A stretch of 64,000 nt of DNA. Origin: an uncultured Pseudomonadales bacterium (GTDB lineage: Bacteria > Patescibacteriota > Microgenomatia > UBA1400 > UBA12028). Location of the stretch: NCBI GenBank assembly GCA_964509365.1, contig CAZDWN010000002.1:167671-231670 (forward strand). Reading direction: 5' to 3'. Shown here piece by piece: positions 1-10,921 of the stretch. The notes beneath the pieces were generated by a model. The model was not told the origin of the DNA and made no database searches. It saw nothing but the letters and a program-made list of their open reading frames with translations. Every line of letters begins with the position of its first letter. Position 1 is the stretch's first letter. A program made the position numbers and the translations under genes.

Positions 1-848
1 ATTTTGTCTTCAAAATATGATTCGCCAAATCCTTTCCCATCATTTTCAGTGAATTTGACTCCAAGCTCGTCGTAGATGCGAGAAAATTCTGTCCAAGACC
101 AGTCGATACATAGCTGCCAGAGCTCTCGTGCTTTCGGATCCCCATTTTCAAGTTTGGTAAACCAATTTCGGGCTTTATCCTCGAGAGATGGGTCTTTTTC
201 AGCCATTTCATGAAATTCTACATACAATTTCACGAGCTCTTTGACTGGTTCCGGAGACTGCGAAATCACCTTGCGATTTGCTTCTTCACTTCCTGCACCA
301 AGCTCTAGGATCGCCACTATTTGCTTGCCAAATTGGGTTCCCCAGTCTCCAAGATGATTATCTCTCTTCACTTCGTAGCCGGTCGCAGAGAGAAGATTCG
401 CAATTGCATCACCAATTATCGTAGATCGCAAATGGCCCACAGTAAACGGTTTGGCAATATTTGGAGACGAATATTCAACAATGGCTTGTTTTCTATCGTG
501 AAGTTTCAAAAATGCAAACTCTTGAGAGGATAGCCTGTGGAGAGTTTCCGTGAAAACATTTAGATTCACCGTGAAATTGATAAAACCTGGACCGGCGACG
601 GTGATAGTGGCGAGTTGCGAGTTGAGAGTCGCAAGTTTTCGCAGCTCCAGTATGATTCCTTCTGCGAGTGCTTTCGGCGAGCTCCATTTGGCTTTATCGA
701 CGCTGGGAAAAAGCTTCATGGCTACATTGGAGGTGAAGTCACCATACTGCGGATCAGAAGTGGGTTCGACAGATACGGACGGTACAGGAAAACCGAGTGC
801 AGTGACTGCCTGAAGAATTGAAGATTCCAACGCATGTGAAATGGACAT
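1..848 (-). CDS. argS: Arginyl-tRNA synthetase, N-terminal part (the 3' end of the gene runs off the window; start ATG at 846-848)
   Basis: Manual reverse-strand translation gives MSISHALESSILQAV...VAGPGFINF...SSPNIAKPFTVGHLRSTIIGDAIANLL...GDWGTQFGKQI. This matches the ArgRS N-terminal add-on domain and the class I HIGH region. The ORF track did not list it because it is partial. Confidence 0.85.
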   Translation of the reverse strand, partial: MSISHALESSILQAVTALGFPVPSVSVEPTSDPQYGDFTSNVAMKLFPSVDKAKWSSPKALAEGIILELRKLATLNSQLATITVAGPGFINFTVNLNVFTETLHRLSSQEFAFLKLHDRKQAIVEYSSPNIAKPFTVGHLRSTIIGDAIANLLSATGYEVKRDNHLGDWGTQFGKQIVAILELGAGSEEANRKVISQSPEPVKELVKLYVEFHEMAEKDPSLEDKARNWFTKLENGDPKARELWQLCIDWSWTEFSRIYDELGVKFTENDGKGFGESYFEDK

Positions 849-911
849 AGTGCTATTTTACCAGCCAAACTCCTTCTTGTCTGCAAAATTATTGCGAGGC
901 ATACTATAGTT

Positions 912-2021
912 ATGCTCCCAAACAGTACGGAAAATATACTACAGGACACGAAGAATGTCCCTGATACCCCTGTGCCACGTCAAACTAATACTCGGCGACT
1001 GATCGCCATACTTATTGTTATTCTCGTTATAGGTTTTACAATTCGAGCTTTTGCTTTTAAACAAACTCCATCTGCTCCCGGCATATCGCAGTCAGTTGCG
1101 ACAACTGCTTCGCCTGCTCCATTCACCGATACCTTTGTAGATACCATTTTTGGCACATTGGTCTTCTATCGCCATGGTAGTCTTGTTTCTCTTGATCTCC
1201 CGACTCGATCTGAGCACATTATCGTCGGAGTAGGAGCGAACTCTGAAGTGAAGCTTGATGACTCCTTTGCGCCAGTTTGGTCACCAGACGGTACGAAACT
1301 CGCTGTGGTGACGGGTGATCATAAGATAGTGGTCACTCAATTTGACACTGGAGCGTTTGTCGGTTCCTTTCCACTGCCTGCGAGCGCTTCGCAAAAGAAT
1401 GCTCGAATTTCCATTGATCCAGCCTCAGAAGTGTTGGCGATCGCATCAACGAGCGAGTCTGGCTCCGATCAATCCGTGCGATTCTTTTCATTGCTCACTC
1501 AAAAGGAATTGGGAGTGTATCCGAAGTGTTCTGGAAATGGAGCGTGGATGACAGGTATAGGATTTGCGATGTCGTGCGACGTAGCGGACACACACTCAAT
1601 AGTGCTCATTCGATTTGAGCCAAACTCATCGGTCATGACTCCCCTCTTGCGCGAGACGTCACAAGCAAAGTATCAGATTATTGATGAGTATAAGCCGGGA
1701 ATTTTACTCGTGCTTCGCAGTCGCGGTACTCAGAAAGATCTGATTACTCTTGCAGGGAATGGAGCTCTGACGACTATACCGCCAACACAATATAAGAGTG
1801 TCATTGACGTCGAGAAGATCGCAAATGCCCAGAGTGCGCTCATGACGCGTATTCAGACGACGTTGCAGACACATACAGTTGATGATGTAACGATTGCAAG
1901 CGACAATTCATTTGTAGTGTACCAGACTGATGAAGGGCTCTTTGCAGTCAAACTGGACCTAAAGGACACTCCCTACCGATTGAGTGACGGGACACTTGCT
2001 CGACTGAGACCACTTCCTTAG
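912..2021 (+). CDS. Hypothetical membrane-anchored protein with beta-propeller-like (TolB/WD40-like) repeats
   Basis: 369-aa ORF with an N-terminal hydrophobic segment (LIAILIVILVIGFTI). Motifs such as VWSPDGTKLAVVTGDHKIVV are typical of TolB-like propeller blades. Confidence 0.45.
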   Translation: MLPNSTENILQDTKNVPDTPVPRQTNTRRLIAILIVILVIGFTIRAFAFKQTPSAPGISQSVATTASPAPFTDTFVDTIFGTLVFYRHGSLVSLDLPTRSEHIIVGVGANSEVKLDDSFAPVWSPDGTKLAVVTGDHKIVVTQFDTGAFVGSFPLPASASQKNARISIDPASEVLAIASTSESGSDQSVRFFSLLTQKELGVYPKCSGNGAWMTGIGFAMSCDVADTHSIVLIRFEPNSSVMTPLLRETSQAKYQIIDEYKPGILLVLRSRGTQKDLITLAGNGALTTIPPTQYKSVIDVEKIANAQSALMTRIQTTLQTHTVDDVTIASDNSFVVYQTDEGLFAVKLDLKDTPYRLSDGTLARLRPLP

Positions 2022-3232
2022 ACGTCCTTCGGCTCATCCAGAAGCTCCATTCCTTTGATCTCTGGCACGACACTATTTCCTGCGAGTCCTTGTACACTTC
2101 CATAGACGTTGCCCATCGCAAGCATGAGTCGCTGCGCTTGTCCTTCTCTTGCTTTCCAAATTCGTTCCATGGCTGCACGCTCTTTTCCGATTTGTGTCGA
2201 CATTTCTTGGTAGACCTCGATAAACGACTCCACCTGCTGGCGGAATGCAGTCGACGTGATGTAGTTGTAGATAAGATCCGCCTTTCCGCCTCGGTCTTTG
2301 GCCATCGCTCGCTCGCGCGCAGAATCAATCAAAGATTTCCGAAGGGCAAGCGCTAGTGTCACATAGTTTTGAGGAGAGCAGATCCAGACACCATCCTTGT
2401 GTGTTTGGCCAGACCACTTGGGATCGTTGTAGACACTCGTAATCAAGATCGGGATGTCTGCATTCTCCGCGCGAAGATCTGTCTTGAGCTTGAGAAGCCA
2501 TCCGTCCACCCACGTTTTCGTTTGCTTCGACTCCCAAAGGATTACTCCACAGACTGTCCCACGACTACTTCTGACGATTTGTCTGACATCAGCTCCATTG
2601 ACGCCTTTGCCCACAGGCTCGACCACATCATCCCGAAACAAATCACGAAGCGTCGTCTCGAGTTCGAGCTCTCGCACTTCACCTTGGGTCTGTTGACTAC
2701 CTTGGCTCGCTTTTCGCTGCGCATCTTCTAGAGATCGTTTGAGATCCATGATGACTTTGTCTTTCTCAAGCTCTTTTTGCCGTGAAGCTTCCAAGAGCTT
2801 GGACTCAGTCGCCTCTTGGATCTTTTTGCGTTCTTCATCGAGACGTCGTTCCATTTCGAGTGTCGCCTTCTCTTCACGCTCGATCAATTCTCGCTCCTTC
2901 TTTCGTAGGAGCAGTTCCTGCTCTTCGGATGCAGCTCGACGTTTCTTCTCCTCTCTCAATTGATTTTCGAGATCGGTCAAGACCTTTTTATTATCTTCAA
3001 GTAATGATTTTCGCAGCTTGTCTTCAGTATCTTTTTGGACCGTACTCAGCTTGCTTTGGTATTCGATGCGCAGTGTCTCCTCGACACTAGAGCTAATTTG
3101 TGAAGTCAACGCCTCATCGAGTGAAATGGGAGTCTTACAGTGAGGACACGTGATAGTTGTCTTTGAGTTCATACGACGTAGTGTATCAAATGGGGAAGAC
3201 GTGAATGTAGCAAGTTTTATGCAGGCAAGCAA
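2018..3232 (-). CDS. DUF2130-like protein: N-terminal CxxC zinc ribbon, long coiled coil, conserved C-terminal domain (real start probably the internal Met near 3172)
   Basis: TCPHCKTPISLDEAL is followed by a K/E/R-rich coiled coil (EEKKRRAASEEQELLLRKKERELIEREEKATLEMERRLDEERKK) and a globular C-terminus. Confidence 0.5.
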   Translation of the reverse strand: MLACIKLATFTSSPFDTLRRMNSKTTITCPHCKTPISLDEALTSQISSSVEETLRIEYQSKLSTVQKDTEDKLRKSLLEDNKKVLTDLENQLREEKKRRAASEEQELLLRKKERELIEREEKATLEMERRLDEERKKIQEATESKLLEASRQKELEKDKVIMDLKRSLEDAQRKASQGSQQTQGEVRELELETTLRDLFRDDVVEPVGKGVNGADVRQIVRSSRGTVCGVILWESKQTKTWVDGWLLKLKTDLRAENADIPILITSVYNDPKWSGQTHKDGVWICSPQNYVTLALALRKSLIDSARERAMAKDRGGKADLIYNYITSTAFRQQVESFIEVYQEMSTQIGKERAAMERIWKAREGQAQRLMLAMGNVYGSVQGLAGNSVVPEIKGMELLDEPKDV

Positions 3233-3249
3233 GTCTTGTTTCCGTTGAT

Positions 3250-3642
3250 TTGAAATGGCACATTGGGAAGAAGAAAAGGAAATCTATGCCAACTGAATTG
3301 CAACGAAAAATTGCCAGACTCTACGGTGGAGAAGTTCAAGACGCCACTCCAGCACAAATCCATCGGACCTTGTACCCTGGCGACTATTTGGCGCCAAGCG
3401 AGCGTGAACAAATCGATGATATTGTGGCGAAAACTGGTGTCCCACTTCAAGTGGTTTTGGACTACTTTACTGCTTCAGGGCGTTACTGCGGCGAACGAAA
3501 AACTAGCTTCATTAAAGCCATAATCAATGCCAAAGAACGCCATGGAGAAAGTGTAGCCAACTACATAAAGCTCGAAGATATCAATTATCTTGGTCATCTC
3601 AAAGACTTAGGAGTCATTCTCAAACGAAGACCAAGAAATTAG
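3250..3642 (+). CDS. Hypothetical protein
   Basis: 130-aa ORF in a gene-dense context; no recognizable motif. Confidence 0.3.
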   Translation: MKWHIGKKKRKSMPTELQRKIARLYGGEVQDATPAQIHRTLYPGDYLAPSEREQIDDIVAKTGVPLQVVLDYFTASGRYCGERKTSFIKAIINAKERHGESVANYIKLEDINYLGHLKDLGVILKRRPRN

Positions 3643-3653
3643 ATCATACGAGA

Positions 3654-4934
3654 GTGTTGAGCTTGCAAAAACTTCAAATTTCAAGTCTACTAGAGAGTAG
3701 TATGGCAGAGACTCATAGGATCCTGGGGACACTCGTGCATTCGCACGTAGTCAACATATTTTTCATAGCAACGCTTTTGATAGGGACGTTTTTCGCGATC
3801 TTGGGAGTCAGATCATATCAAGACATCTCGTCACAAGCGAAATCCTTGGATGCCCAGCTGCAAACAAAGTCAATAGAACATGAGGCGACAGTGACTGATT
3901 TGCAGACACAACTTGCGAGTACGTCGGCGCAGCTAGATGACCTTGCAAACCAAGACCAAAAGAAACGAAACGATGAATTAGAGAAAAATCTCAAAAATAC
4001 CAAAGACACGTATCAGAATGTGATGAAGCTGTATGAATCGATGATTGACCTTCGTGAAGGCAAAGGGAAAGGCCTTCCGTTGGACAAGACATTTGGGGCA
4101 ATCCTCGCAGATCTGTCCACTACAAATTATTCAAGTGCCAGTGGCAAGATCGCACAGTTGACCAAGGATATCGCAGAGGAGGCGGCCAAAGTTACCGCGG
4201 CCGGAGTGCCAGCTAATGTACCAGTAAGCAATAGTGCTCCCGGTAGCGGGTATAGTCGCCAATCTGTCCAGACGTCAGCCGGGACATTTGTCATCGATAT
4301 CGTGGCTGCCGATCTCTCAAACACAAAAGTAGTGATCGATACTGCATCTGATAGCACATGCGGCAACAACTGTCCTGTCCTGCCTCTGGGTACGTACGTG
4401 GCACGCTCCAGTGCGTTTGCTGGTGTGAACGGAAGTTACTTCTGTCCTGAGTCGTATCCGACATGCGCGGGTAAGACAAACTCATTTGATCTTCTGGTGA
4501 TGAACAAGAACAAAGTCTATTTCAACTCAGACAACAATGTGTATAGTCAAAACCCTGTCGCGGTCTTTTCAAATGGTTCGGCTCGCTTCCTATCGCATGC
4601 ACAAGATTGGGGTCGAGATACTGGAGTCGACGCAGTGATCTCGAACTTTCCGCTGCTCGTCATCAATGGACAAAACCAGTTTGGAGGCAATAGTGATCCG
4701 AAGATGGGAAGCAAAGGAACTCGCGCATTTGTAGGTGCCAAAGGGAACAAAGCGTTCATTGGTGTAGTCAGAAATGTTACAGTGGCCGAGATGGCGATAG
4801 TCTTGCAGACTATTGGACTCGATCACGCTCTGAATCTTGATAGTGGTGGATCGACGGCCCTTTGGGCAAATGGGGGGTACAAAGCTGGGCCAGGTCGTAA
4901 CTTGCCAAATGTAGTATTATTTGTGAGGAGATAA
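3654..4934 (+). CDS. Phosphodiester glycosidase family protein (DUF2233/NAGPA-like) with an N-terminal TM helix and coiled coil
   Basis: The C-terminal NLDSGGSTALWANGGYKAGPGRNLPNVVLFV resembles the LDGGGS signature of the phosphodiester glycosidase family. A TM segment (IFFIATLLIGTFFAILGV) and a coiled coil precede it. Confidence 0.5.
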   Translation: MLSLQKLQISSLLESSMAETHRILGTLVHSHVVNIFFIATLLIGTFFAILGVRSYQDISSQAKSLDAQLQTKSIEHEATVTDLQTQLASTSAQLDDLANQDQKKRNDELEKNLKNTKDTYQNVMKLYESMIDLREGKGKGLPLDKTFGAILADLSTTNYSSASGKIAQLTKDIAEEAAKVTAAGVPANVPVSNSAPGSGYSRQSVQTSAGTFVIDIVAADLSNTKVVIDTASDSTCGNNCPVLPLGTYVARSSAFAGVNGSYFCPESYPTCAGKTNSFDLLVMNKNKVYFNSDNNVYSQNPVAVFSNGSARFLSHAQDWGRDTGVDAVISNFPLLVINGQNQFGGNSDPKMGSKGTRAFVGAKGNKAFIGVVRNVTVAEMAIVLQTIGLDHALNLDSGGSTALWANGGYKAGPGRNLPNVVLFVRR

Positions 4935-4937
4935 TCT

Positions 4938-5234
4938 ATGGCGATACATACATCACCGGAAATATCCAGTTCTGGAAACGACCTGAAGCAAGAAAGTGTC
5001 CCCTTTTCCAATTTTCCAGATTGGCTTAACCAGATTTTCGCTTCGAAAAAAGAAGATACAGACAAATTTCGTGAAGGAATTCGAAAAATGAAGGCATCAG
5101 AGATTCAAAAAATCGCAGACGATATTATCAACTACCGCAAAAGTCATACGCTTTCGATCGAACTTAATGGTTCCGTTACTTCATTATGGTCTGACTACCA
5201 AGATGCCCTTCGAGACAAGAATAGTACGGTATAG
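4938..5234 (+). CDS. Hypothetical protein
   Basis: 98-aa ORF immediately after the preceding gene, same strand. Confidence 0.3.
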   Translation: MAIHTSPEISSSGNDLKQESVPFSNFPDWLNQIFASKKEDTDKFREGIRKMKASEIQKIADDIINYRKSHTLSIELNGSVTSLWSDYQDALRDKNSTV

Positions 5235-5243
5235 TATACTGAA

Positions 5244-6146
5244 ATGATGATTCAACTCATCGATTGGGTGAAAACTCACAAACTCTCATCATTTTTGATC
5301 ATCGTCCTCATTTTTGTGCTCGCAAGTAGTCTCCAAAATACAAAGTCATCAAATTTTTCTACCACTTCTGTCGCTCCGATGATGGGTTCAGCGGAATTTG
5401 CGAGAACTGATGCAATAAGTGCTCCCGCTATTGGCAAAGTTGGTGTCTATGGACAAAGTCTCCCGCCAGCAGACACCCAAACGCGCATGGTGACGACGGA
5501 TACCAATCTCTCCCTCAAGGTTGATGATGTATCCCAAATCATTTCACGGATCGAATCAGTGGCAAATCAAGCCGGTGGGTACATGATCAACTCGTCGCTA
5601 TCAAAGCCGGAAGGTGCAGCGAGTGGAACAATCTCTATTCGCATTCCAGCTGACAAGCGATCTTCTACCTTGTCAGAGATTCGCGGTCTCGCGGTCAAAG
5701 TTGTCTCCGAAAATGTGAATGGGCAGGACATTACAGATCAGTACGTGGATAATGACGAGCGACTACGGATCTTGGAGTCAACCAAGACGAAATTTGAAGC
5801 AATTTTAGCTGATGCAAAAAATGTGCAAGACATGATGCAGGTGCAGTCACAGCTCCTTTCGCTTCAGAGCCAAATCGATGCTATCAAGGGAGAGCAGAAG
5901 TATCTAGAGGGATCGGCCAAACTCACTCGATTGACGATCTACCTCGCAACTGATGAACTAGCGCTACCATACGCACCAGATACGACCTGGAGACCGACGC
6001 TAGTCTTCAAAGAAGCGGTAAGATCTCTGGTCCTCTCACTTCGAAATGTTGGCTCGCTAGCCATCTGGATCCTTGTCTATTCTCCAGACGCTATCGTCTT
6101 GGCTTTGATCCTCTGGATCATCAAGAAGTTTCTTGAGAGGAAGTAG
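5244..6146 (+). CDS. DUF4349 domain protein (membrane-anchored, coiled coil)
   Basis: The coiled coil RLRILESTKTKFEAILADAKNVQDMMQVQSQLLSLQSQIDAIKGEQKYLEGSAKLTRLTIYL is followed by a C-terminal TM helix, the typical DUF4349 layout. Confidence 0.5.
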   Translation: MMIQLIDWVKTHKLSSFLIIVLIFVLASSLQNTKSSNFSTTSVAPMMGSAEFARTDAISAPAIGKVGVYGQSLPPADTQTRMVTTDTNLSLKVDDVSQIISRIESVANQAGGYMINSSLSKPEGAASGTISIRIPADKRSSTLSEIRGLAVKVVSENVNGQDITDQYVDNDERLRILESTKTKFEAILADAKNVQDMMQVQSQLLSLQSQIDAIKGEQKYLEGSAKLTRLTIYLATDELALPYAPDTTWRPTLVFKEAVRSLVLSLRNVGSLAIWILVYSPDAIVLALILWIIKKFLERK

Positions 6147-6168
6147 AAGTTTGATGTATCACAAACCC

Positions 6169-7404
6169 TTATTGTAGATATTTCTTTCCTCTAAGTTCAG
6201 CTGGGAGGAGACTCCCCGTAGAGTACGCCTCGTATCCCTTTCCATATCCCAATCCTTTCATCAGTTTTGTTGGTGCATTCCGAAGATTGAGTGGGATAGG
6301 GAGATTTCCCAATTTCTTCACGTCATCAAGGGCGGCAAAGTATGCATCATATGCTGAGCGATCCTTTTTGGCAGATGCTAGATACGCCGTTCCGTGCGCG
6401 AGATTGATTTGCGCTTCGGGGTAGCCGATCTTCGTGACTGCTTCAAATACTGCGTTCGCGACTACCAAGGCAGTGGGTTGCGCGAGTCCAATATCTTCTG
6501 AAGCAAATATGACCATGCGCCTGGCTATAAACTTTGGATCTTCCCCGCTATCGACCATGCGGGCGAGGTAATAGAGAGCAGCATCGACATTGCTTGCTCG
6601 CATCGATTTGATGTAGGCGCTGATGGTGTTGTAATGTTCTTCGCCGACTTTGTCATAGCGCAGGAGTTTGTTTTGAAGTGTGTTCTTGAGCGACTCGATA
6701 TCAAGCTTCTTATAGAGATGATACGCGTTATCTATCATCGTGATCGCTTGCCGTGCATCGCCATTTGCCATCGCCACCAACCAGTCCTTCGCATCTTCAG
6801 ACATTTCTATACTATTCGAGCGTAGTCGAGAATCACTTGCTTTGGTTCTCGAATCGACTGCGTCTCCCTCGAACAGTAAACCGTTGAGGGCTCTGTCAAT
6901 CACCTCACCCATCTCATCACTCGTCAGCGGATTTAAAACGAACACTCTGGTTCGGGAAAGCAGCGGTGCAATGACCTCAAAAGAAGGATTTTCAGTTGTC
7001 GCGCCGATCAGTGTGATTTGCCCCGACTCTACGTAGGGAAGGAGATAATCCTGCTGGGCTTTATTAAACCGATGTATCTCATCCAAAAAGAGAATTATTG
7101 GTTTATCTGACTTGCTACTTACTACTTGCTGCTTACTACCGTCCACAATCGCCCGAATATCTTCCTTTTTCGCACTGACTGCTGAGAGCTCCACAAATTC
7201 TGCATCAACAGCGTTCGCAAGGATTTTTGCGAGCGTGGTCTTCCCCACTCCTGGAGTCCCCCAAAATATCATTGAAAATATTCGTTTTTGCTCGATTGCC
7301 ACACGTAGAGGTTTTCCTGGACCGACAAGATGCGATTGACCAATATAGTCTTCCAGCGAATTTGGTCGGATTTGAACAGCAAGTGGCTGATGGGTTTCAT
7401 TCAT
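6169..7404 (-). CDS. rarA: Replication-associated recombination protein A (AAA+ ATPase RarA/MgsA)
   Basis: Walker A GTPGVGKTTLA, LDEIHRFNKAQQD, and the C-terminal MgsA helical domain. Confidence 0.85.
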   Translation of the reverse strand: MNETHQPLAVQIRPNSLEDYIGQSHLVGPGKPLRVAIEQKRIFSMIFWGTPGVGKTTLAKILANAVDAEFVELSAVSAKKEDIRAIVDGSKQQVVSSKSDKPIILFLDEIHRFNKAQQDYLLPYVESGQITLIGATTENPSFEVIAPLLSRTRVFVLNPLTSDEMGEVIDRALNGLLFEGDAVDSRTKASDSRLRSNSIEMSEDAKDWLVAMANGDARQAITMIDNAYHLYKKLDIESLKNTLQNKLLRYDKVGEEHYNTISAYIKSMRASNVDAALYYLARMVDSGEDPKFIARRMVIFASEDIGLAQPTALVVANAVFEAVTKIGYPEAQINLAHGTAYLASAKKDRSAYDAYFAALDDVKKLGNLPIPLNLRNAPTKLMKGLGYGKGYEAYSTGSLLPAELRGKKYLQ

Positions 7405-7685
7405 GCCACTACTATAGCACCGAGCAACTTATCGTGGCCATTCAGACGCGAATCTTGCTCTTCGTCCTTTTCAAAGTGTTGTGAATTATGATATGCGAGT
7501 ACGGTGGTATTTTCTTGAATATCTTTCACATCACCAGCTAAGTTTGCGACAGATGTTTTCAATTCTTCAATTTTTTGCTCAACGACATATAGTCTCTGTT
7601 CATGAGTGTCGGCCTTCTCATACACTTTTTGGAGAAGATACATGATGTCGTCATTACTAGCTTGAGGCTTTGAGGATTGCTTCAT
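7401..7685 (-). CDS. Hypothetical coiled-coil protein
   Basis: 94-aa ORF whose 3' end overlaps the rarA start by 4 nt. Confidence 0.35.
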   Translation of the reverse strand: MKQSSKPQASNDDIMYLLQKVYEKADTHEQRLYVVEQKIEELKTSVANLAGDVKDIQENTTVLAYHNSQHFEKDEEQDSRLNGHDKLLGAIVVA

Positions 7686-7732
7686 GACATGATCCTATCA
7701 TGCGGTAGGGATAGAATGTCAAGATTCCTGGA

Positions 7733-10552
7733 TCACTTTCCGTGGCACTTTTTGTACTTCTTGCCTGATCCGCAAGGACAGAGATCATTGCGACCGATTT
7801 TTGGAGCGGCGACACCTGGTTCTGGCTTGTCATCAGTAGTCTTTGCAGATGCGAGCGCAGCCGCGAGATCGGAGATCGAACCCTTCGTATTTTTCGGTGC
7901 ATTCTTCTTTCCACTTTGTGAAGAGTTCGCCGTCGGTGAAAATGTTTGACTTTGGACGGCTGATCCCACAGTCACCGTGTCATGACGTGCAACAGCTTGT
8001 GGATTCACGATCACTGGTGCATTTGGTGCATCAGAGAGATGGACGCGGAAGATCTTCCTGGCGATACTACTGTCGATGGTGACGATCAACTTCTCAAACA
8101 TGACAAATGCTTCTTTCTTGTACGCAGCTTCACTCGCTTGCTTGTCTCCGCGCAACCAGATACCTTCACGCAAATTTTCCATCTCATCAAGATGATTCAT
8201 CCAATGCTCATCCATGGTCGAGAGAATAGTGTGCGATTCCAGATCGCGCATGAGTGTGCGACCGACGACTTCTTCGCGTTGGTCATATGTCGTGTGGACG
8301 ATGTTTTGGAGCACTTCAATCATCTCAGTCAATTCTTTGCTCGCCGACAGCTGAGTTCGCAATTCCTTCACTGACGCATCGTCAAACGGAATGATGGCAA
8401 CAAATTCCTTCACGATAGCATCGATTTCTTCATCGGTGAAACTGTCTGGCGCTCGACCCATGACGAGATCTTGGATTGCTTTATCGATGATCGACAAAAT
8501 CTGTTCCTTCGATTTTGGAAGCTCACCTTGCGCTTCCTTGTGTGGCTGGGCCATCAACTCTAGTAAATTACGACGACGACGGTAAATGACTTCACGCTGT
8601 TTATTCATGACGTCATCGAGTTCGACGAGTCGCTTGCGTTGGTCAAAGAAGAATCCTTCCACTTTAATTTGAGCTTGCTCGATAGCTCGACCGACCATAC
8701 CGGCTTCAATCGGTTGATTCTCATCCATTTTGAGAGCAGACATCAGTCGAGAAATCGTGTCGCCGCCGAAGATGCGCATAATCTCATCATCCAAAGCGAT
8801 ATAAAATCTCGATGATCCTGGATCGCCTTGGCGACCTGCTCGACCACGTAGCTGGTTGTCGATACGTCGTGACTCATGTCGCTCGGTGCCGATGATATGT
8901 AAGCCACCAGCATTTACGACTTCCTCGTGTCTGACTTCCCATTCCTTCAACGCTTTTTTAAACGCAGTTGCATTTTCAAAATCACGGACTTCTGGCTTTG
9001 CTCCGCCGAGGATAATGTCGACACCACGACCAGCGATGTTGGTCGCCACCGTCACGGCTCCCGGTCGACCGGCATCTGCAATGATGAACGCTTCTTTCTC
9101 ATGGTTCTTCGCATTGAGGACTTGATGAGGGATATTTCGACGGGCCATCATATCCGAGATCATTTGGTTGATATCGATCGATCTCGTGCCAAGCAAAATA
9201 GGCTGCCCTGCTTTGTGTACCGTCTCTACTTCATCAATGATAGCGTTGAACTTCGCCTCGGTCGTCTTGTAGACGACATCTTGCGAATCTTTGCGTTGCA
9301 CTGGTCGATGCGTCGGGATAGGCAGGACGTCGACTTTATAAATCTTATGGAACTCTTCGCTCTCTGTGACTGCGGTACCACTCATACCTGCTAACTTGTC
9401 ATACAGACGGAAGTAGTTTTGAAGTGTGACCGTCGCCAATGTGCGCGACTCTTGCTGGATCTTTGCTCCTTCTTTGGCTTCGATCGCTTGATGCAGTCCA
9501 TCGCTGTAGCGACGTCCATACATGAGACGACCAGTGTGTTCATCGACGATGATCACTTCGTTGTCTTTGACGATATATTCCTTATCGCGATGGAAGAGTG
9601 TCAATGCTTTGAGAGCTGCTTCGGCATGGTGGATGGTGTCAAAGCTTTGTTCGTAGAGGTTGTCTACTCCAAGCTTCATTTCCATTTTCTTGATTCCAAG
9701 ATCGGTGAGCGCTACGGATCTCATTTTCTCATCGACTTTGTAATCCTCGTCTTTGGTGAGGATGGTGACGAGTTTTGCAAACTCATAATATTTACTTGTT
9801 GGTTCAGTGTCTGGAGCTGAGATGATGAGAGGAGTGCGCGCTTCGTCGATCAATATCGAGTCAGCTTCGTCGACGATCGCAAAATAGTGTCCGCGCTGGA
9901 CGACATCAGCCAATCGTGCGGCCATGTTGTCTCGCAAATAGTCAAAGCCAAACTCATTGTTGGTCCCGTACGTGATGTCAGCAGCATAAGCTTCTTGTCG
10001 CGTCACATTGCGGAAATGTTCGAGACGATCGTCTCCTTTTTCTTTGGAGCGAAATTCTGGGTCATACAAAAATGCTTGATCGTGAATAATGACAGAGACA
10101 GTCACACCCAGGAGATGGTACAGTCCACCCATCCAGCCAGCACCAAGTTGCGCGAGATAGTCGTTCACCGTGACCAAATGAACGCCTTTGCCAGTGAGAG
10201 AGTTCAGATAAAGAGCGAGCGTCGCCGAAAGTGTCTTTCCCTCACCGGTCTTTTGCTCGGCGATTTTGCCTTGGTGAAAAGCAATACCTGCCATAAACTG
10301 CACATCATAGTGAGAGAGTCCTAGTGTACGTCCTGACGCTTCGCGGACGAGGGAGAACGCTTCTGGGAGAATATCATCAAGCGTTTCCCCCTTTTCCAAG
10401 CGCTTCTTGAGTTTCTCCGTTACTTTCGTAAAGTCCTTGTCATCAAGCTTTTTCATCTTGTCGTCAAACGAATGAATTTGCTCAATGATGGCTTTATACT
10501 GGTCCACAGTTTTGTTTGGGGTTTGGAACAAATTCGAGATAAACGAAAGCAT
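7733..10552 (-). CDS. secA: Preprotein translocase ATPase SecA
   Basis: 939 aa with DEAD motor motifs and a C-terminal zinc-binding tail [17 protein letters not shown] stop. Confidence 0.95.
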   Translation of the reverse strand: MLSFISNLFQTPNKTVDQYKAIIEQIHSFDDKMKKLDDKDFTKVTEKLKKRLEKGETLDDILPEAFSLVREASGRTLGLSHYDVQFMAGIAFHQGKIAEQKTGEGKTLSATLALYLNSLTGKGVHLVTVNDYLAQLGAGWMGGLYHLLGVTVSVIIHDQAFLYDPEFRSKEKGDDRLEHFRNVTRQEAYAADITYGTNNEFGFDYLRDNMAARLADVVQRGHYFAIVDEADSILIDEARTPLIISAPDTEPTSKYYEFAKLVTILTKDEDYKVDEKMRSVALTDLGIKKMEMKLGVDNLYEQSFDTIHHAEAALKALTLFHRDKEYIVKDNEVIIVDEHTGRLMYGRRYSDGLHQAIEAKEGAKIQQESRTLATVTLQNYFRLYDKLAGMSGTAVTESEEFHKIYKVDVLPIPTHRPVQRKDSQDVVYKTTEAKFNAIIDEVETVHKAGQPILLGTRSIDINQMISDMMARRNIPHQVLNAKNHEKEAFIIADAGRPGAVTVATNIAGRGVDIILGGAKPEVRDFENATAFKKALKEWEVRHEEVVNAGGLHIIGTERHESRRIDNQLRGRAGRQGDPGSSRFYIALDDEIMRIFGGDTISRLMSALKMDENQPIEAGMVGRAIEQAQIKVEGFFFDQRKRLVELDDVMNKQREVIYRRRRNLLELMAQPHKEAQGELPKSKEQILSIIDKAIQDLVMGRAPDSFTDEEIDAIVKEFVAIIPFDDASVKELRTQLSASKELTEMIEVLQNIVHTTYDQREEVVGRTLMRDLESHTILSTMDEHWMNHLDEMENLREGIWLRGDKQASEAAYKKEAFVMFEKLIVTIDSSIARKIFRVHLSDAPNAPVIVNPQAVARHDTVTVGSAVQSQTFSPTANSSQSGKKNAPKNTKGSISDLAAALASAKTTDDKPEPGVAAPKIGRNDLCPCGSGKKYKKCHGK

Positions 10553-10586
10553 AGATGGCCATTCTATCAGGGAAAATACATAAAAA

Positions 10587-10622
10587 AAAGGCCCCCGATT
10601 GTTAAAGCCGGTGGGCCTTTTT
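10587..10622. terminator. Bidirectional rho-independent terminator-like hairpin (AAAGGCCC...GGGCCTTT flanked by an A-run and a T-run)
   Basis: Perfect 8-bp stem with a T-tract on both strands, directly downstream of the small histone-like gene on the minus strand. Confidence 0.5.
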
Positions 10623-10642
10623 CGATTACAGTTTCAAAACCT

Positions 10643-10779
10643 TATCGTGCAGAAGCGCGCTTGGTTGCTTTCTTCTTTGGAGCTGCTTTCTTAGCAACCT
10701 TCTTTACCACTTTCTTGACGACTTTCTTCACTGCTTTCTTGGCAACTTTTGCCTTTGCTTTTACTTTTGAGACACCCAT
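10643..10779 (-). CDS. Small lysine/alanine-rich histone H1-like DNA-binding protein (45 aa), missed by the ORF track
   Basis: Manual translation gives MGVSKVKAKAKVAKKAVKKVVKKVVKKVAKKAAPKKKATKRASAR. A strong SD (AGGAGGA) lies 7 nt upstream of the ATG and the terminator follows. Confidence 0.5.
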
Positions 10780-10921
10780 ATGGTCCTCCTTATAAATGTT
10801 TTCTCTTATGGAGAAAATAGTACTACATTCAGTTAAGAGAATTGGTGAAGCGATGTCAATAGTAGGAATACCTTTTTTGAGGGTTGTACTAATTTTCGTG
10901 TGAATTACTATTCAAGACAGG

